NCBI GenBank assembly: GCA_040387055.1
Contig: JAZKEM010000040.1
Coordinates: 6 to 64,005, forward strand
DNA from: Pseudomonadota bacterium
GTDB lineage: Bacteria; Pseudomonadota; Gammaproteobacteria; Nevskiales; Nevskiaceae
Length of the DNA: 64,000 nucleotides
Reading direction: 5' to 3'
The notes beneath the pieces were generated by a model, which was not told the DNA's origin, searched no databases, and saw only the letters and a list, made by a program, of their open reading frames with translations. The first letter of the stretch is position 1, and each line of letters opens with the position of its first letter. Shown here piece after piece: positions 6,860 through 15,499 of this stretch. The translations under genes and the position numbers were made by a program.

Positions 6860-7050
6860 GCCTTCACCTGCTGGTAAAATCTGCGCATGATCTTGAAATT
6901 CACCTGTAAAAACCCTCGCTGCGGCCATGCCGTCGATTCAGAATTGCGAGGCATTCCAGAGCGGCACTTGTTCGTGGCGACCTGTCCAGACTGCAAAACT
7001 GAACATTGGGTCAACGAAGGGCTGCCGAGTGGTGGGGCGAAGACGTTCAT
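6856..7050 (-). CDS. Hypothetical protein (64 aa); coding status uncertain because of a competing antisense zinc-ribbon ORF
   Basis: ATGA overlaps at both ends support it. The composition is unremarkable, and the + strand ORF 6887..7093 looks protein-like. Confidence 0.35.
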   Translation of the reverse strand: MNVFAPPLGSPSLTQCSVLQSGQVATNKCRSGMPRNSESTAWPQRGFLQVNFKIMRRFYQQVKA

Positions 7051-7433
7051 AGTTGTTGGCCTGTTGCCCGGCTCACAATCACCGGCTCAATAGCCATCGC
7101 TGCCTCCATGTCTTCAACGCGAATGCGCAGCTTTGGCTTCTCTGACTTCTTGCTGTAGCCGAATCCACGAAGCTGTCTGGCTGCGTCGCGACGGTAGCAA
7201 TGCGTACCGCTGTGATAGCGGATGCCGTATGAGAAATCTCTTTTGCATGGTTCGCCCACAACAGCTTTGCAATGCGGGCAATCAACTTCAGCGACGCAGC
7301 GATCGGTAAGGATCCAGCGGCCCTTTTCATTGGGCACGCGAACAAACACGAGGCCGGGCATTGCTTCGTATGCAGTCAGTCCGATGTGTAGCGACTGCGT
7401 TGGGATTGGTGGAGCTGTGCTCTCGAGTCCCAT
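7047..7433 (-). CDS. Hypothetical Cys/His-rich protein (128 aa)
   Basis: CPHCKAVVGEPC ... HSGTHC suggests metal binding. The start overlaps the upstream stop (TAATG). Confidence 0.6.
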   Translation of the reverse strand: MGLESTAPPIPTQSLHIGLTAYEAMPGLVFVRVPNEKGRWILTDRCVAEVDCPHCKAVVGEPCKRDFSYGIRYHSGTHCYRRDAARQLRGFGYSKKSEKPKLRIRVEDMEAAMAIEPVIVSRATGQQL

Positions 7434-7987
7434 TAAACTCCTCCTGCAGGCTGGTTGATTTCGCGCATGGCCTTGTCAATGCCGGCTACTTCTTCTGCTG
7501 CAAGATTTCCAAAGTTATTGCGCGAAGACGACTCAAAAGCGCTCAAGAGATTCCGCGCCGATTGAAGCAATTCAGCCAGGCGGTTGCGCTGGTCTCTAAC
7601 GGATTCGTAGGTAGAGTCGGCTTTGAGAATAAAAGTGTCGCCAGCATTTAGGCGCACCGATGGCTTTTGCATCCAGTCAGGGAAGTGCAATTCAATCTGC
7701 TCTTCAATGAAATAAACGCGCCGTATTTCGATGCCGCCAATCTCGAATTTGGTTTCCCAACTGCCATCATCTTCGAAGTCATGCCCTTCGATTTCTGTCA
7801 TGGCCTCATCAAGCTCGGGGCAGTCTTCCTGCCCGAACCATTGCTCCTGAAAGAATTTTCGGATGCCAGCAAAATTACTGGCGATCACAACGATGGGCCG
7901 ATCAGACTCGCCCCACGCTTCGCAGTGATAGCGGAAATTGTCGTTGGGGTTTGTTGCCCCGCCATGTGATTTAATTTCAGTGCTCAT
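7433..7987 (-). CDS. Hypothetical acidic protein (184 aa, start MSTEIK)
   Basis: The ATG at 7987 forms an ATGA overlap with the stop of 7984..8253. The longer ORF-track version overlaps the upstream gene with an Arg-rich, non-protein-like N-terminus. Confidence 0.6.
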   Translation of the reverse strand: MSTEIKSHGGATNPNDNFRYHCEAWGESDRPIVVIASNFAGIRKFFQEQWFGQEDCPELDEAMTEIEGHDFEDDGSWETKFEIGGIEIRRVYFIEEQIELHFPDWMQKPSVRLNAGDTFILKADSTYESVRDQRNRLAELLQSARNLLSAFESSSRNNFGNLAAEEVAGIDKAMREINQPAGGV

Positions 7988-8253
7988 GCTGCCTTCTGCT
8001 GCGACATCTGCTCTGCGTTGAATTCCTGTCCAGCGATATGCGCCAGACGCACTGCAACGCGGTCGACGCGGCTGGCGTGATTGACTGGCAAGTCTTGAAC
8101 GTAGGCGTCTGCAGCATCGTGGCTGTTCTGAATCAATGGCGCGTCCCACTCCATGCGATCAAGCAACGCGTGTGCTTTGCAGGAATCGCAGGTGCAGCAC
8201 TTCTGCCGCTGCGGTAGTCCTGCACGGAGGATTTCGATATCGCGTTTCTTCAT
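7984..8253 (-). CDS. Hypothetical protein (89 aa, start MKKRDIEIL)
   Basis: AAGGAG lies 7 nt upstream of the ATG at 8253. Contains a CCTCDSC cluster. Confidence 0.55.
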   Translation of the reverse strand: MKKRDIEILRAGLPQRQKCCTCDSCKAHALLDRMEWDAPLIQNSHDAADAYVQDLPVNHASRVDRVAVRLAHIAGQEFNAEQMSQQKAA

Positions 8254-8278
8254 TTCCGTTTGCTCCTTGCGCGTCGGG

Positions 8279-9052
8279 CTAGTCGTAAATGCCGTAGCTG
8301 AACTGATCTTCATCGCAATCAATCACCAGCATGGCCGCGCCGAAGTACAGCCCCGCAAGCAGACGTTGCCACCGGCCACGAATGCTGAATTCCTTTCCAA
8401 TGGGGTTGTCATTGATCTTGGCCGCGTACACCTTGCCGATGGTGTTTCCTTTGGCGTCCTTCTCTGGGTTGTTCTTGTCGAACTGCACGCAGATGTGGTT
8501 ATCCAGCGACCATTCGCTACGATCACTTGAGCGCGAAAAATGACCTTTCTGATGTGAAGAATTAGGTTCTTTGTCGAAGAAGATACGCATGCCGCCGTAT
8601 TCGCTTGGCTGGATGCGAACCTCTGGGTGCTCCCACTGGTTCTCGACTGCTTGCTCCTTGTGTTCCTTGATGAATTCTTCAAGCAACTCGCTGAGATACA
8701 CGCGCTCCGGAATAACTTCATCCTTGAGCAACTGATCCAGCACTTCCTTCGAGCGGCGAAGCATGTCGTTTTCAACGCCACTGCTTTCCCACTGCGTGCG
8801 CAGCGAGTTTGCGATCAGCGTGTTGTAGCGGGTCAGTTCGAACATATCTGAGATATTGCCCGGCAGCGCTTTAGCGACAGCTTCCTTCATGGCCTTGCCC
8901 ATTTCGCCGTAGCTTCTGAAGGTGTCATCGATGACGTCAGTGAAGAGCTTCTTGACGCCAGCGTCGATGATTTCCTCGGCTTTACCACTTTCTGCGAACA
9001 ATGCGACACGCTCGGTCAGCAGTTCTTGCAGTGATTGGTTCTTGTTGCTCAT
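8279..9052 (-). CDS. Hypothetical protein (257 aa)
   Basis: Long ORF with protein-like composition. No motif recognised. Confidence 0.7.
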   Translation of the reverse strand: MSNKNQSLQELLTERVALFAESGKAEEIIDAGVKKLFTDVIDDTFRSYGEMGKAMKEAVAKALPGNISDMFELTRYNTLIANSLRTQWESSGVENDMLRRSKEVLDQLLKDEVIPERVYLSELLEEFIKEHKEQAVENQWEHPEVRIQPSEYGGMRIFFDKEPNSSHQKGHFSRSSDRSEWSLDNHICVQFDKNNPEKDAKGNTIGKVYAAKINDNPIGKEFSIRGRWQRLLAGLYFGAAMLVIDCDEDQFSYGIYD

Positions 9053-9360
9053 GCTTTTCTTCCTCTCTTGTTACTGCAATAAAAATCCATGTTTGCGGCT
9101 TTGATCGTCACGCTCGGTTTCGTCAGTTCATTGATGCTGGCGACGACCTTGCTTTTCATGTCGATCAGGGCGCACTCGCCGTTGCTGTAGATGACGTGCT
9201 CATCCTTAACTCGACCTTCTGGGTTCTCTTCCGTGATCGCCTCTGGATCTAAGGCTTCAACCACGACGACGACTCGCCACCGCTGTAAGCCCTGAATCTT
9301 CCGTAGGGGAACGATTTGGCCAGCGAAGCGACCAGATGCGCTGTAGGTAGCGACTCGCAT
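9049..9360 (-). CDS. Hypothetical protein (103 aa, start MRVATYS)
   Basis: TAATG coupling at 9358-9362 and an ATGA overlap with the next gene at 9049-9052. Confidence 0.5.
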   Translation of the reverse strand: MRVATYSASGRFAGQIVPLRKIQGLQRWRVVVVVEALDPEAITEENPEGRVKDEHVIYSNGECALIDMKSKVVASINELTKPSVTIKAANMDFYCSNKRGRKA

Positions 9361-9430
9361 TAGCGACCCAGCCATTTGCGCTTTGCCTTGGCTTGTCGTG
9401 CACGACGGATATCGCGGCGCTTCATGCGGC

Positions 9431-9607
9431 TCATGCTCTTTCCCTCTTCTCGCGCTGGTGCTGTTGATCGGCTGCGATCGCTTCAAGCAATTCAGGGCCG
9501 ACGCCAACAGGCTCGCCGGTTCCGAAAACGATGGCGCTCCAGCCGTCGTTGAACTGCTCATAGATGATCGTCTTGCCTTGGAATGCGATGACGTTTGGGC
9601 TGCTCAT
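9431..9607 (-). CDS. Hypothetical protein, 58 aa (below ORF-track cutoff)
   Basis: Hand translation gives MSSPNVIAFQGKTIIYEQFNDGWSAIVFGTGEPVGVGPELLEAIAADQQHQREKRERA. ATGA overlap with the upstream stop at 9604-9607. Confidence 0.5.
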   Translation of the reverse strand: MSSPNVIAFQGKTIIYEQFNDGWSAIVFGTGEPVGVGPELLEAIAADQQHQREKRERA

Positions 9608-9885
9608 GCGGCTTCTCTGTGAGGCATCAAGTCCATTGGATGAAAAGTTTCAATAGCGCCGTCTTCAAACTGCAAAACGATTCCGTGCGCACGAGAATTC
9701 AGCACCTCGAGCACGCCGATGAAGGATCCAACCTTGCCGTGCCACTTCTGTTTACCGCCGTAGACCTGCCATGAACTCGGCTGCGGATTTGGTGAGAATT
9801 TCACCAAGCGGGTGATGTCGATGGCAGTTGTCGCCAGAGGTAGGCTTTGCTGATTCACGGCTTCACCGCCGCAATCAGCAGGCAT
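9604..9885 (-). CDS. Hypothetical protein (start uncertain: ATG 9885 or GTG 9862)
   Basis: The C-terminal two thirds of ORF 9604..10002 are protein-like. The N-terminal part overlaps 9929..10204. Confidence 0.4.
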   Translation of the reverse strand: MPADCGGEAVNQQSLPLATTAIDITRLVKFSPNPQPSSWQVYGGKQKWHGKVGSFIGVLEVLNSRAHGIVLQFEDGAIETFHPMDLMPHREAA

Positions 9886-9928
9886 CCTGCAGCGACACAG
9901 ATAAGAAATAGGCGAAGACCTGGCGTCA

Positions 9929-10204
9929 TCAGTGTGTCTCGCCTTTGCGCAGCGCCTTGATTTTCCTTTTGATGTGACTGACGTCGGATTCCAAGTCGTC
10001 AACGGCGTTCTGTGCCGTGCGAAGCTCTTCGCTTACTTCTTCTAGTTCGTCCTCAAGCTCTTTGATGGCGAATTCGGTCGCTGACATTCGGTTGATTTCA
10101 TCAGCGCGATCGTCGAGTGCGGCTTTTGCGACCGGGTCACCGATGTAGGCATAGCGCTCCAGTTCATCGGCGCTCATGTTCTTGGCATTTACTTCGGTGA
10201 TCAT
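9929..10204 (-). CDS. Hypothetical coiled-coil protein (91 aa)
   Basis: Heptad-like, charged sequence (ELEDELEEVSEELRTAQNAVDDLESD). ATGA overlap with the upstream gene. Confidence 0.6.
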   Translation of the reverse strand: MITEVNAKNMSADELERYAYIGDPVAKAALDDRADEINRMSATEFAIKELEDELEEVSEELRTAQNAVDDLESDVSHIKRKIKALRKGETH

Positions 10205-11082
10205 GCGGCGGCCTGCTGCGAATCTTCAGGCTGAGGACGCTCTACGAGAACGTCTTGAGAAATATTCCCCTCTGGTTTGCCGTAGGAGGCAAGCTCGTCG
10301 ATGCCTTGCGCAAATTCTTTCAATCGCTTTGAAAGCGATTCGATAGCGGCGGATCCGTACTTGGAAAAGATCTGCGACCGCACAACCGCATTGATAGCGC
10401 TGGCAACACCATCCGACAAGCCATACCGACCAAAGTCGATGCCAGTCTCTTTCTGCAAGTCTTCGAGGATTTTGAGCGCGTGGGTGTTGTGACTTATACG
10501 GTTCTGTATGCCTTGCTTGATACGATCTTCGATCTGATCCTTGACCGGCTGAATGCGCTTCTCAATGATCGCTTCAATATCGGCAGCGTCTGCTTCACTA
10601 GCGCGTCTTAGTAGGCACGCCACGAAGCCACGGGGTAGCGTTTCGCGGTCATCTGGCTTGCCAAGGAATGGCGCATCTTTGAAAAGTGAAAGCCGGGCTG
10701 TTTTTGCAGGCTTACCTGTTCCGTTGCCCACCGCTGGGACATAAACCATGATGCCCCAGCTTGGGGGAATCTTCGCGAGTACATCATCGGCGAATATTTC
10801 GCGTGGACCGACCAGCCACCAATGATCACAGTATTTTGCGATGGCCTCGCACTTCTCCGGCTGAGTCAATTCCTTGATCAGATCCGAGCGGGATACCTTA
10901 ATCTCAAAGCCATGGATGCGCAGTCCACGCGAAGGCCACAGATTCATCGCAACTGCGTCAGCAGAGCGGGAGCGGCTAAAACCTGCGTCATTGCTGACCT
11001 CAAACATCAAAGCCCATTCTTTAGACGAATAGTGCTCACGCATCGTGGCGCGAACATCTGCGGCTGTGCCGTACTTGCTCAT
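10201..11082 (-). CDS. Putative PD-(D/E)xK-fold nuclease-like protein (MmcB-like N-terminal domain) with C-terminal extension
   Basis: ...SADAVAMNLWPSRGLRIHGFEIKVSRSDL shows a D...E.K arrangement typical of PD-(D/E)xK enzymes. The assignment is from motif memory only. Confidence 0.4.
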   Translation of the reverse strand: MSKYGTAADVRATMREHYSSKEWALMFEVSNDAGFSRSRSADAVAMNLWPSRGLRIHGFEIKVSRSDLIKELTQPEKCEAIAKYCDHWWLVGPREIFADDVLAKIPPSWGIMVYVPAVGNGTGKPAKTARLSLFKDAPFLGKPDDRETLPRGFVACLLRRASEADAADIEAIIEKRIQPVKDQIEDRIKQGIQNRISHNTHALKILEDLQKETGIDFGRYGLSDGVASAINAVVRSQIFSKYGSAAIESLSKRLKEFAQGIDELASYGKPEGNISQDVLVERPQPEDSQQAAA

Positions 11083-11630
11083 GGCGATTCCGTGTAGTTG
11101 CGATGATTAACGAAGTCACCCGTAGGCAACCAAAAGCCCCACGAACCCTGCTTCTTGAACCAAATAACGAAGGTCCAGCATCCGCCCGGCGACACTTCTT
11201 GAATCGTGTGACGATCTGTCGCGCTCCGGAAAGCAATGCTTCCAGCTTTGCGCAGAACGTATTCGTACTCAGCCCTATCCAGTGATGGATGCTGAGCTTG
11301 TGTCTTTGGCAAGCGCTCCAAGTACCAGCCTTGAAATACGATGCTTAGAAACGATGACGGGTGCGTGTGGTGATCGCGTGCACGGTCTTCGCGTGCGATG
11401 TGATGCAAGCGACCTGATACGAAGTTACCGATGAACGCATCGATGCGGCCGCGTTTCCACGTCCGAGCAACAGGGCGGTTCTCATCTGGATCAAGCTTCG
11501 GATTACTGCCGCCGAAGATCCACAAGCGACCCATGTAGAGAGTGCCGTCACTGCCATGGATGTCGTAGTACGGACGCTTCAATCCGATCCAGCGGAAGAA
11601 ACGAACAACTGCATTGAGCTTGGTGCTCAT
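11079..11630 (-). CDS. Conserved phage-type hypothetical protein with DHxHP motif
   Basis: RLHHIAREDRARDHHTHPSSFLSIVFQGWYLE resembles the widespread R.YLH.F..SD.DR.LHDHPW.F.S.IL.GGY.E family of unknown function. Confidence 0.4.
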   Translation of the reverse strand: MSTKLNAVVRFFRWIGLKRPYYDIHGSDGTLYMGRLWIFGGSNPKLDPDENRPVARTWKRGRIDAFIGNFVSGRLHHIAREDRARDHHTHPSSFLSIVFQGWYLERLPKTQAQHPSLDRAEYEYVLRKAGSIAFRSATDRHTIQEVSPGGCWTFVIWFKKQGSWGFWLPTGDFVNHRNYTESP

Positions 11631-11848
11631 TCTTCGCTGCCCACTTTCGTGGATTTGTACTTGCTGCGAATGCTGGCGCTGAAGTACTTGCCGACGGATT
11701 CAGAGGCCATCAGCTTTTCGTATTCATCCTGCGGCACGCCTTCGTACTGATGAACAGAGCCGTTGCCGAATTCGATTTCGAGCGTTTCCGACGCGGCGTC
11801 ATAGCCGACAGACTTGATGTTCGACGATGTGACGGCAGTGCGGATCAT
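11627..11848 (-). CDS. KTSC-domain protein
   Basis: SSNIKSVGYDAASETLEIEFGNGSVHQYEGVPQDEYEKLMASESVGKYF matches the KTSC domain pattern. Confidence 0.7.
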   Translation of the reverse strand: MIRTAVTSSNIKSVGYDAASETLEIEFGNGSVHQYEGVPQDEYEKLMASESVGKYFSASIRSKYKSTKVGSEE

Positions 11849-12309
11849 GCCGACACCTCATCCGTGTTCTTCACAAGCTTTGGCATGGAATGACCAGCAA
11901 GAACGGTTGCCAAGTCAGGAGCGGTCCAACCTTCAGGCTTCAAAATCTTGCCGTCAGCGCGACGTTGAAGCGTGCCGTCAGCAGAAATCTTGGCGAGGTT
12001 AGAGCGAGCAACTTCAAGCCAGCCGCTTTCAATCGGAAAGCCCAGCGCGCGAAGGCCAGCGATGATCGTCCAGATCGCATCCAATCCGCCGTCGAGAATT
12101 TCAACTTGATCGCCTCGCATCCAAGCGTCAGCCAGTTCATCAATCTCTTCGCGAACCAAGCCGCCAATCAGCGGGCCATTCAAGCCAAGGTCGAGGTCAT
12201 CTGGATTGCCGAAATAAAGCTGAGCCGTTTGAGTGATGGTCGGGACATCCGGGGTTTCTTGCCCGGCTGCCTGCATGAACTTCTCAACGTCTTTAACTAC
12301 TGCTTTCAA
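11845..12309 (-). CDS. MazG-like nucleoside triphosphate pyrophosphohydrolase family protein (putative)
   Basis: GLVREEIDELADAW ... LDGGLDAIWTIIAGL is an EExxE/D-type helical pattern typical of all-alpha NTP pyrophosphatases. Confidence 0.45.
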   Translation of the reverse strand: MKAVVKDVEKFMQAAGQETPDVPTITQTAQLYFGNPDDLDLGLNGPLIGGLVREEIDELADAWMRGDQVEILDGGLDAIWTIIAGLRALGFPIESGWLEVARSNLAKISADGTLQRRADGKILKPEGWTAPDLATVLAGHSMPKLVKNTDEVSA

Positions 12310-12322
12310 TGGAGTGCTCCGA

Positions 12323-13204
12323 TTAAAACTGGTTAAGAAGATCGGCCAACAGTCGCGACAGCTCGCCAGTCATCAAGGCGAAGTCAGCTTCGAATTGCTC
12401 TTCAGGGTTTTGCGACTTATCGCTTTCGCGGTTCTTGTCGATGTCGAGGAAGCGAATCTTCTTGAGCTGCAGATGGCCATCGAGAACAAACGAAATGCGC
12501 TCGTTCCAAATCAGCCCCAACTTGGTCGCGGTCTTTCCGTCGCTGATGTGCTTGGCTACGTCCTTGCCGCCAAGGTCGTGGCGCACGTAGCGCACGGTGG
12601 GCTTGGATTCATCGGCGCCGCGCAGCTCACAGTCCTGATCGATGATGAAACGGCTGGGCGTGTCGTTACCTGCGAGCCAGGCGCTCATCACGGTTACTGG
12701 CGACAGCTTTGTTTCTGGCAGGCTGATCGGAAACTCGCCGAGCACATTGCGCAGTTGCTCAGTCACTTCTTCTGCGCGGCCTACTGAAGCGGTGTCAACC
12801 ACTAGCCAGCCGTCTGCAGGTGAAAGCCATGCGCGAGTAGAACGGCGTTGCGAGAAAGCGCGTGGCAACAACTCAGCCATGATCTGCTCTTTCAGTTCGC
12901 GCATCTGCTTCTTGCCGACCTTGTAGCCCTGCTGCTTTTCGAGTTTCAAAGCACGATCCAAGGCGGTCTGATTGATCACGGCAGAGGGCAGAATCTTTTG
13001 CTCAACGCCAAGCGCAATCAGAAGTTGCTTGCCATGCGAAGCGACCAACTGCTGGTCACCGCGCGGAGACACCCAGCCACGGCTTGTGGTGCTCATTCCG
13101 CTGCAGGGTTGCAGAGGAAACTTGGCGAGAATTTCTTCCAGCGTTCCGGCTGGCATGGCCCAGCCGACAGGCAGGCGATAAATAGTGAGATTTCGGAAGA
13201 ACAT
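12323..13204 (-). CDS. rdgC: Recombination-associated protein RdgC
   Basis: MFFRNLTIYRL..., EQKILPSAVINQ, LLPRAFS and FEADFALMTGELSRLLADL are colinear with E. coli RdgC (MLWFKNLMVYRL..., EEKILPSPVIKQ, LLPRAFS, FDADFILMTGELAALIQNL). Confidence 0.92.
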   Translation of the reverse strand: MFFRNLTIYRLPVGWAMPAGTLEEILAKFPLQPCSGMSTTSRGWVSPRGDQQLVASHGKQLLIALGVEQKILPSAVINQTALDRALKLEKQQGYKVGKKQMRELKEQIMAELLPRAFSQRRSTRAWLSPADGWLVVDTASVGRAEEVTEQLRNVLGEFPISLPETKLSPVTVMSAWLAGNDTPSRFIIDQDCELRGADESKPTVRYVRHDLGGKDVAKHISDGKTATKLGLIWNERISFVLDGHLQLKKIRFLDIDKNRESDKSQNPEEQFEADFALMTGELSRLLADLLNQF

Positions 13205-13259
13205 GAGGCCTCTGATTCAAGAATGGGTTTGCGTGTTTTTCGGTGGGGCCACGCGCCCC

Positions 13260-13772
13260 TTAATCAAAAGGGATGTCGTCATCCTCGAAGCCATTGGGAT
13301 CCGTTGGCGGCGGGGCTGTCGATTGCGCTCGACTTGGGTCGCGTCCGGTTGCAGATGCGTAACCCGTTGCAGTTGCGCCTTGCTCGCGAGTGCGGCCGGG
13401 TTGATAACCACCACGCGACTCACCTTCTGCTGGCTTGCCATCAAGCATCTGCATGTCGTCCACCACGATTTCAGTGGTGAAACGATCCTTGCCGGTGTCT
13501 TTGTCTTGCCACTTACGGGTGCGAAGCTTTCCTTCGATGAAAATCTTGCTGCCTTTCTTCAAGAATTGGCTTGCGATTTCTGCCAGCTTTCGACGGAAAA
13601 CGATGTTGTGCCACTCGGTGTGTTCCTTGTTCTCACCCGAGGCTTTGTCCTTCCACGTTTCGCTCGTGGCGAGCGTGGTGTTAGCCACGGCATCACCATT
13701 CGGAAAGTATCGAAGCTCGATTTCTTTTCCGAGGTTGCCGATCAGTAGAACCTTGTTGATTCCGCGCGACAT
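13260..13772 (-). CDS. ssb: Single-stranded DNA-binding protein
   Basis: [43 protein letters not shown]... is followed by a Gly/Pro-rich tail ending DDDIPF. Confidence 0.95.
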   Translation of the reverse strand: MSRGINKVLLIGNLGKEIELRYFPNGDAVANTTLATSETWKDKASGENKEHTEWHNIVFRRKLAEIASQFLKKGSKIFIEGKLRTRKWQDKDTGKDRFTTEIVVDDMQMLDGKPAEGESRGGYQPGRTREQGATATGYASATGRDPSRAQSTAPPPTDPNGFEDDDIPFD

Positions 13773-15499
13773 TAGGCGGCCACCTGCTGTTTAACATTCA
13801 GCATCAAATGCTCTGCGAGCTTCAGACAGATCAACGGAAAGTCAGTGGCTCTGTAGAGCTTCGCGGACTTATCAATTTCGACCGGGTTGAAACCGATTGA
13901 CGCTAGGCCATCCGAAGTAATCAGCAATGGCGCTATGCGTGCATTGATTTCGCCGAGCTTCATCTTGGCCAGCACTTGCGCACCGCTGGCCACCTGCTGA
14001 CGCGGCGCGCTTGTTGGCGCGGATGTGGCCACTGCCGGCGCGCTGACAGTTTCGGCCTTAGATTCTGGTTGTACTTCGCTCTGCACTGCGACTGGAGCAG
14101 GAGTCGCTTCTTCAGTGGCGCGACGTGCTTCCTCTGCTACGGCATCGAGACGAGCCTGTTCTTCTTTGGCTGTTTGCTCATCGCGAATGCGCTGCTGTTC
14201 TGTCTCGTGCGCAGTGATGCGGCTTTTGATCAGCAACACCAGGTAATCGTTTTCCTTCATCACCAACTGTTGAGCGTCGGCAAACAGGAAAGCATGGTCC
14301 TTGGCCAGTGTGCGCAGTGAGCCCAGATTGACTTCGATCTTTTCCGCAGCCGTGTTGGCTTCGATCTTCGCGCGTGCTAGTTCTGTGTCGACGGCATCCT
14401 GCATAGTCGAAAAGAGCTTCAGGCCTTTTATCGCACCGCCAAAGTCGACAATGACGTCCGGAAGCTTGATCTTTCCGAGACGCGTGTTGATCGCAGCGAT
14501 GTGCTCGTCGAACGCATTCTTACCGCCTTGCACGATTTCAAGACGACGTTCGTCCTTGCGCTTTGTGACGAGCTTGTCCAAGGCGAGGCGTTTTGTGCGA
14601 GCCTCTTCTTTGATTTCATCAATCGCGCGGAACAGTTCGTCGATTGTTTTCGTCTGACCCAGCGCATTCTCCTTGGCCAGATCCAGCTTTTCTTCGATGC
14701 CTTTGCACCAAGTAACGGTTTTTGCGGCATCAGCAAATTCCTGATCTGTATTCAGATCAGTGCTGATATTCTTGAACACAGCTATGGCTTGCTCTTTGAA
14801 CTCAGCCAGATTGCTCGACTGCACCATGCCCATCACGCGGATATCCAGCGCGGGAAGTGCTTCAGGTGCACGGCCTACTGCTTCAATCGTGACCGCAGCA
14901 GGCTTGTAGTTTTCGCGATCAATGCGGAATTGAACCCAGCCAGCTTCGATACGTTGCACCCAAGCTGGGACTGGCAGCACTTCCATGCGAGCGCAGTTTT
15001 CTTCCGTTCCATCAGATACCGTGAAGATGACTTTCTTGGCGCCAGTGACGTGCATGATCTGTTGGCACTGAGGCTGATACTCTTCAGGCAGAACTCCGCT
15101 CATCACCGAATCAAACAGTTCTTTGCTGATCTGCTTGTGCTCGAAAGCGATTTCGCCATCCATGGTGAGGCCGTCGCACGAAGCCGACAGCAAGCCAAAT
15201 GAGTAGGTAGCCGGATAAAGGTCTTGACCGATGATGCCTTCGAGAATCGCGCGAGCCTTTGCTTCAACTTCGTGGCCGTAGTCCAGAATGTTCTTCTGAA
15301 CCCAATCACTGAACTCCTTGGCGAGACCAGTCGCCTTCATCTTCAACAGCTCAGTGCGAGTGGTCTTCGTCGAAATGCCAAGCATCGCAGCGGCTTCGCT
15401 GGCACCGTCATGCACAAGACGGAAGCGGTGCCATTCATCACTGCCTTGGACAAGGTTATGAACCTGACGAGCAATAAGATTTTTTACGGGTGCGTTCAT
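13772..15499 (-). CDS. YqaJ-type (lambda Exo-like) recombination exonuclease fused to a ~350-aa coiled-coil C-terminal region
   Basis: N-terminus [26 protein letters not shown] and ...[17 protein letters not shown] (D..E.K) match the YqaJ pattern. The rest is long and helical with an Ala/Pro-rich linker. The gene lies directly downstream of recT. Confidence 0.8.
   Translation of the reverse strand: MNAPVKNLIARQVHNLVQGSDEWHRFRLVHDGASEAAAMLGISTKTTRTELLKMKATGLAKEFSDWVQKNILDYGHEVEAKARAILEGIIGQDLYPATYSFGLLSASCDGLTMDGEIAFEHKQISKELFDSVMSGVLPEEYQPQCQQIMHVTGAKKVIFTVSDGTEENCARMEVLPVPAWVQRIEAGWVQFRIDRENYKPAAVTIEAVGRAPEALPALDIRVMGMVQSSNLAEFKEQAIAVFKNISTDLNTDQEFADAAKTVTWCKGIEEKLDLAKENALGQTKTIDELFRAIDEIKEEARTKRLALDKLVTKRKDERRLEIVQGGKNAFDEHIAAINTRLGKIKLPDVIVDFGGAIKGLKLFSTMQDAVDTELARAKIEANTAAEKIEVNLGSLRTLAKDHAFLFADAQQLVMKENDYLVLLIKSRITAHETEQQRIRDEQTAKEEQARLDAVAEEARRATEEATPAPVAVQSEVQPESKAETVSAPAVATSAPTSAPRQQVASGAQVLAKMKLGEINARIAPLLITSDGLASIGFNPVEIDKSAKLYRATDFPLICLKLAEHLMLNVKQQVAA

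Noticed and set aside
7988-8149. Upstream extension of ORF 7433..8149
   Set aside because: The extension is Arg-rich (RCCRRLRSRLASQSRQPRRPR) and overlaps gene 7984..8253. The internal ATG at 7987 gives a clean ATGA junction.
9361-9561. N-terminal two fifths of ORF 9049..9561 (MSSSTTAGAPSF...)
   Set aside because: It is Ser/Pro/Ala-rich and overlapped by a better, ATGA-coupled 58-aa ORF (9431..9607). The downstream part is retained from the TAATG-coupled start at 9360.
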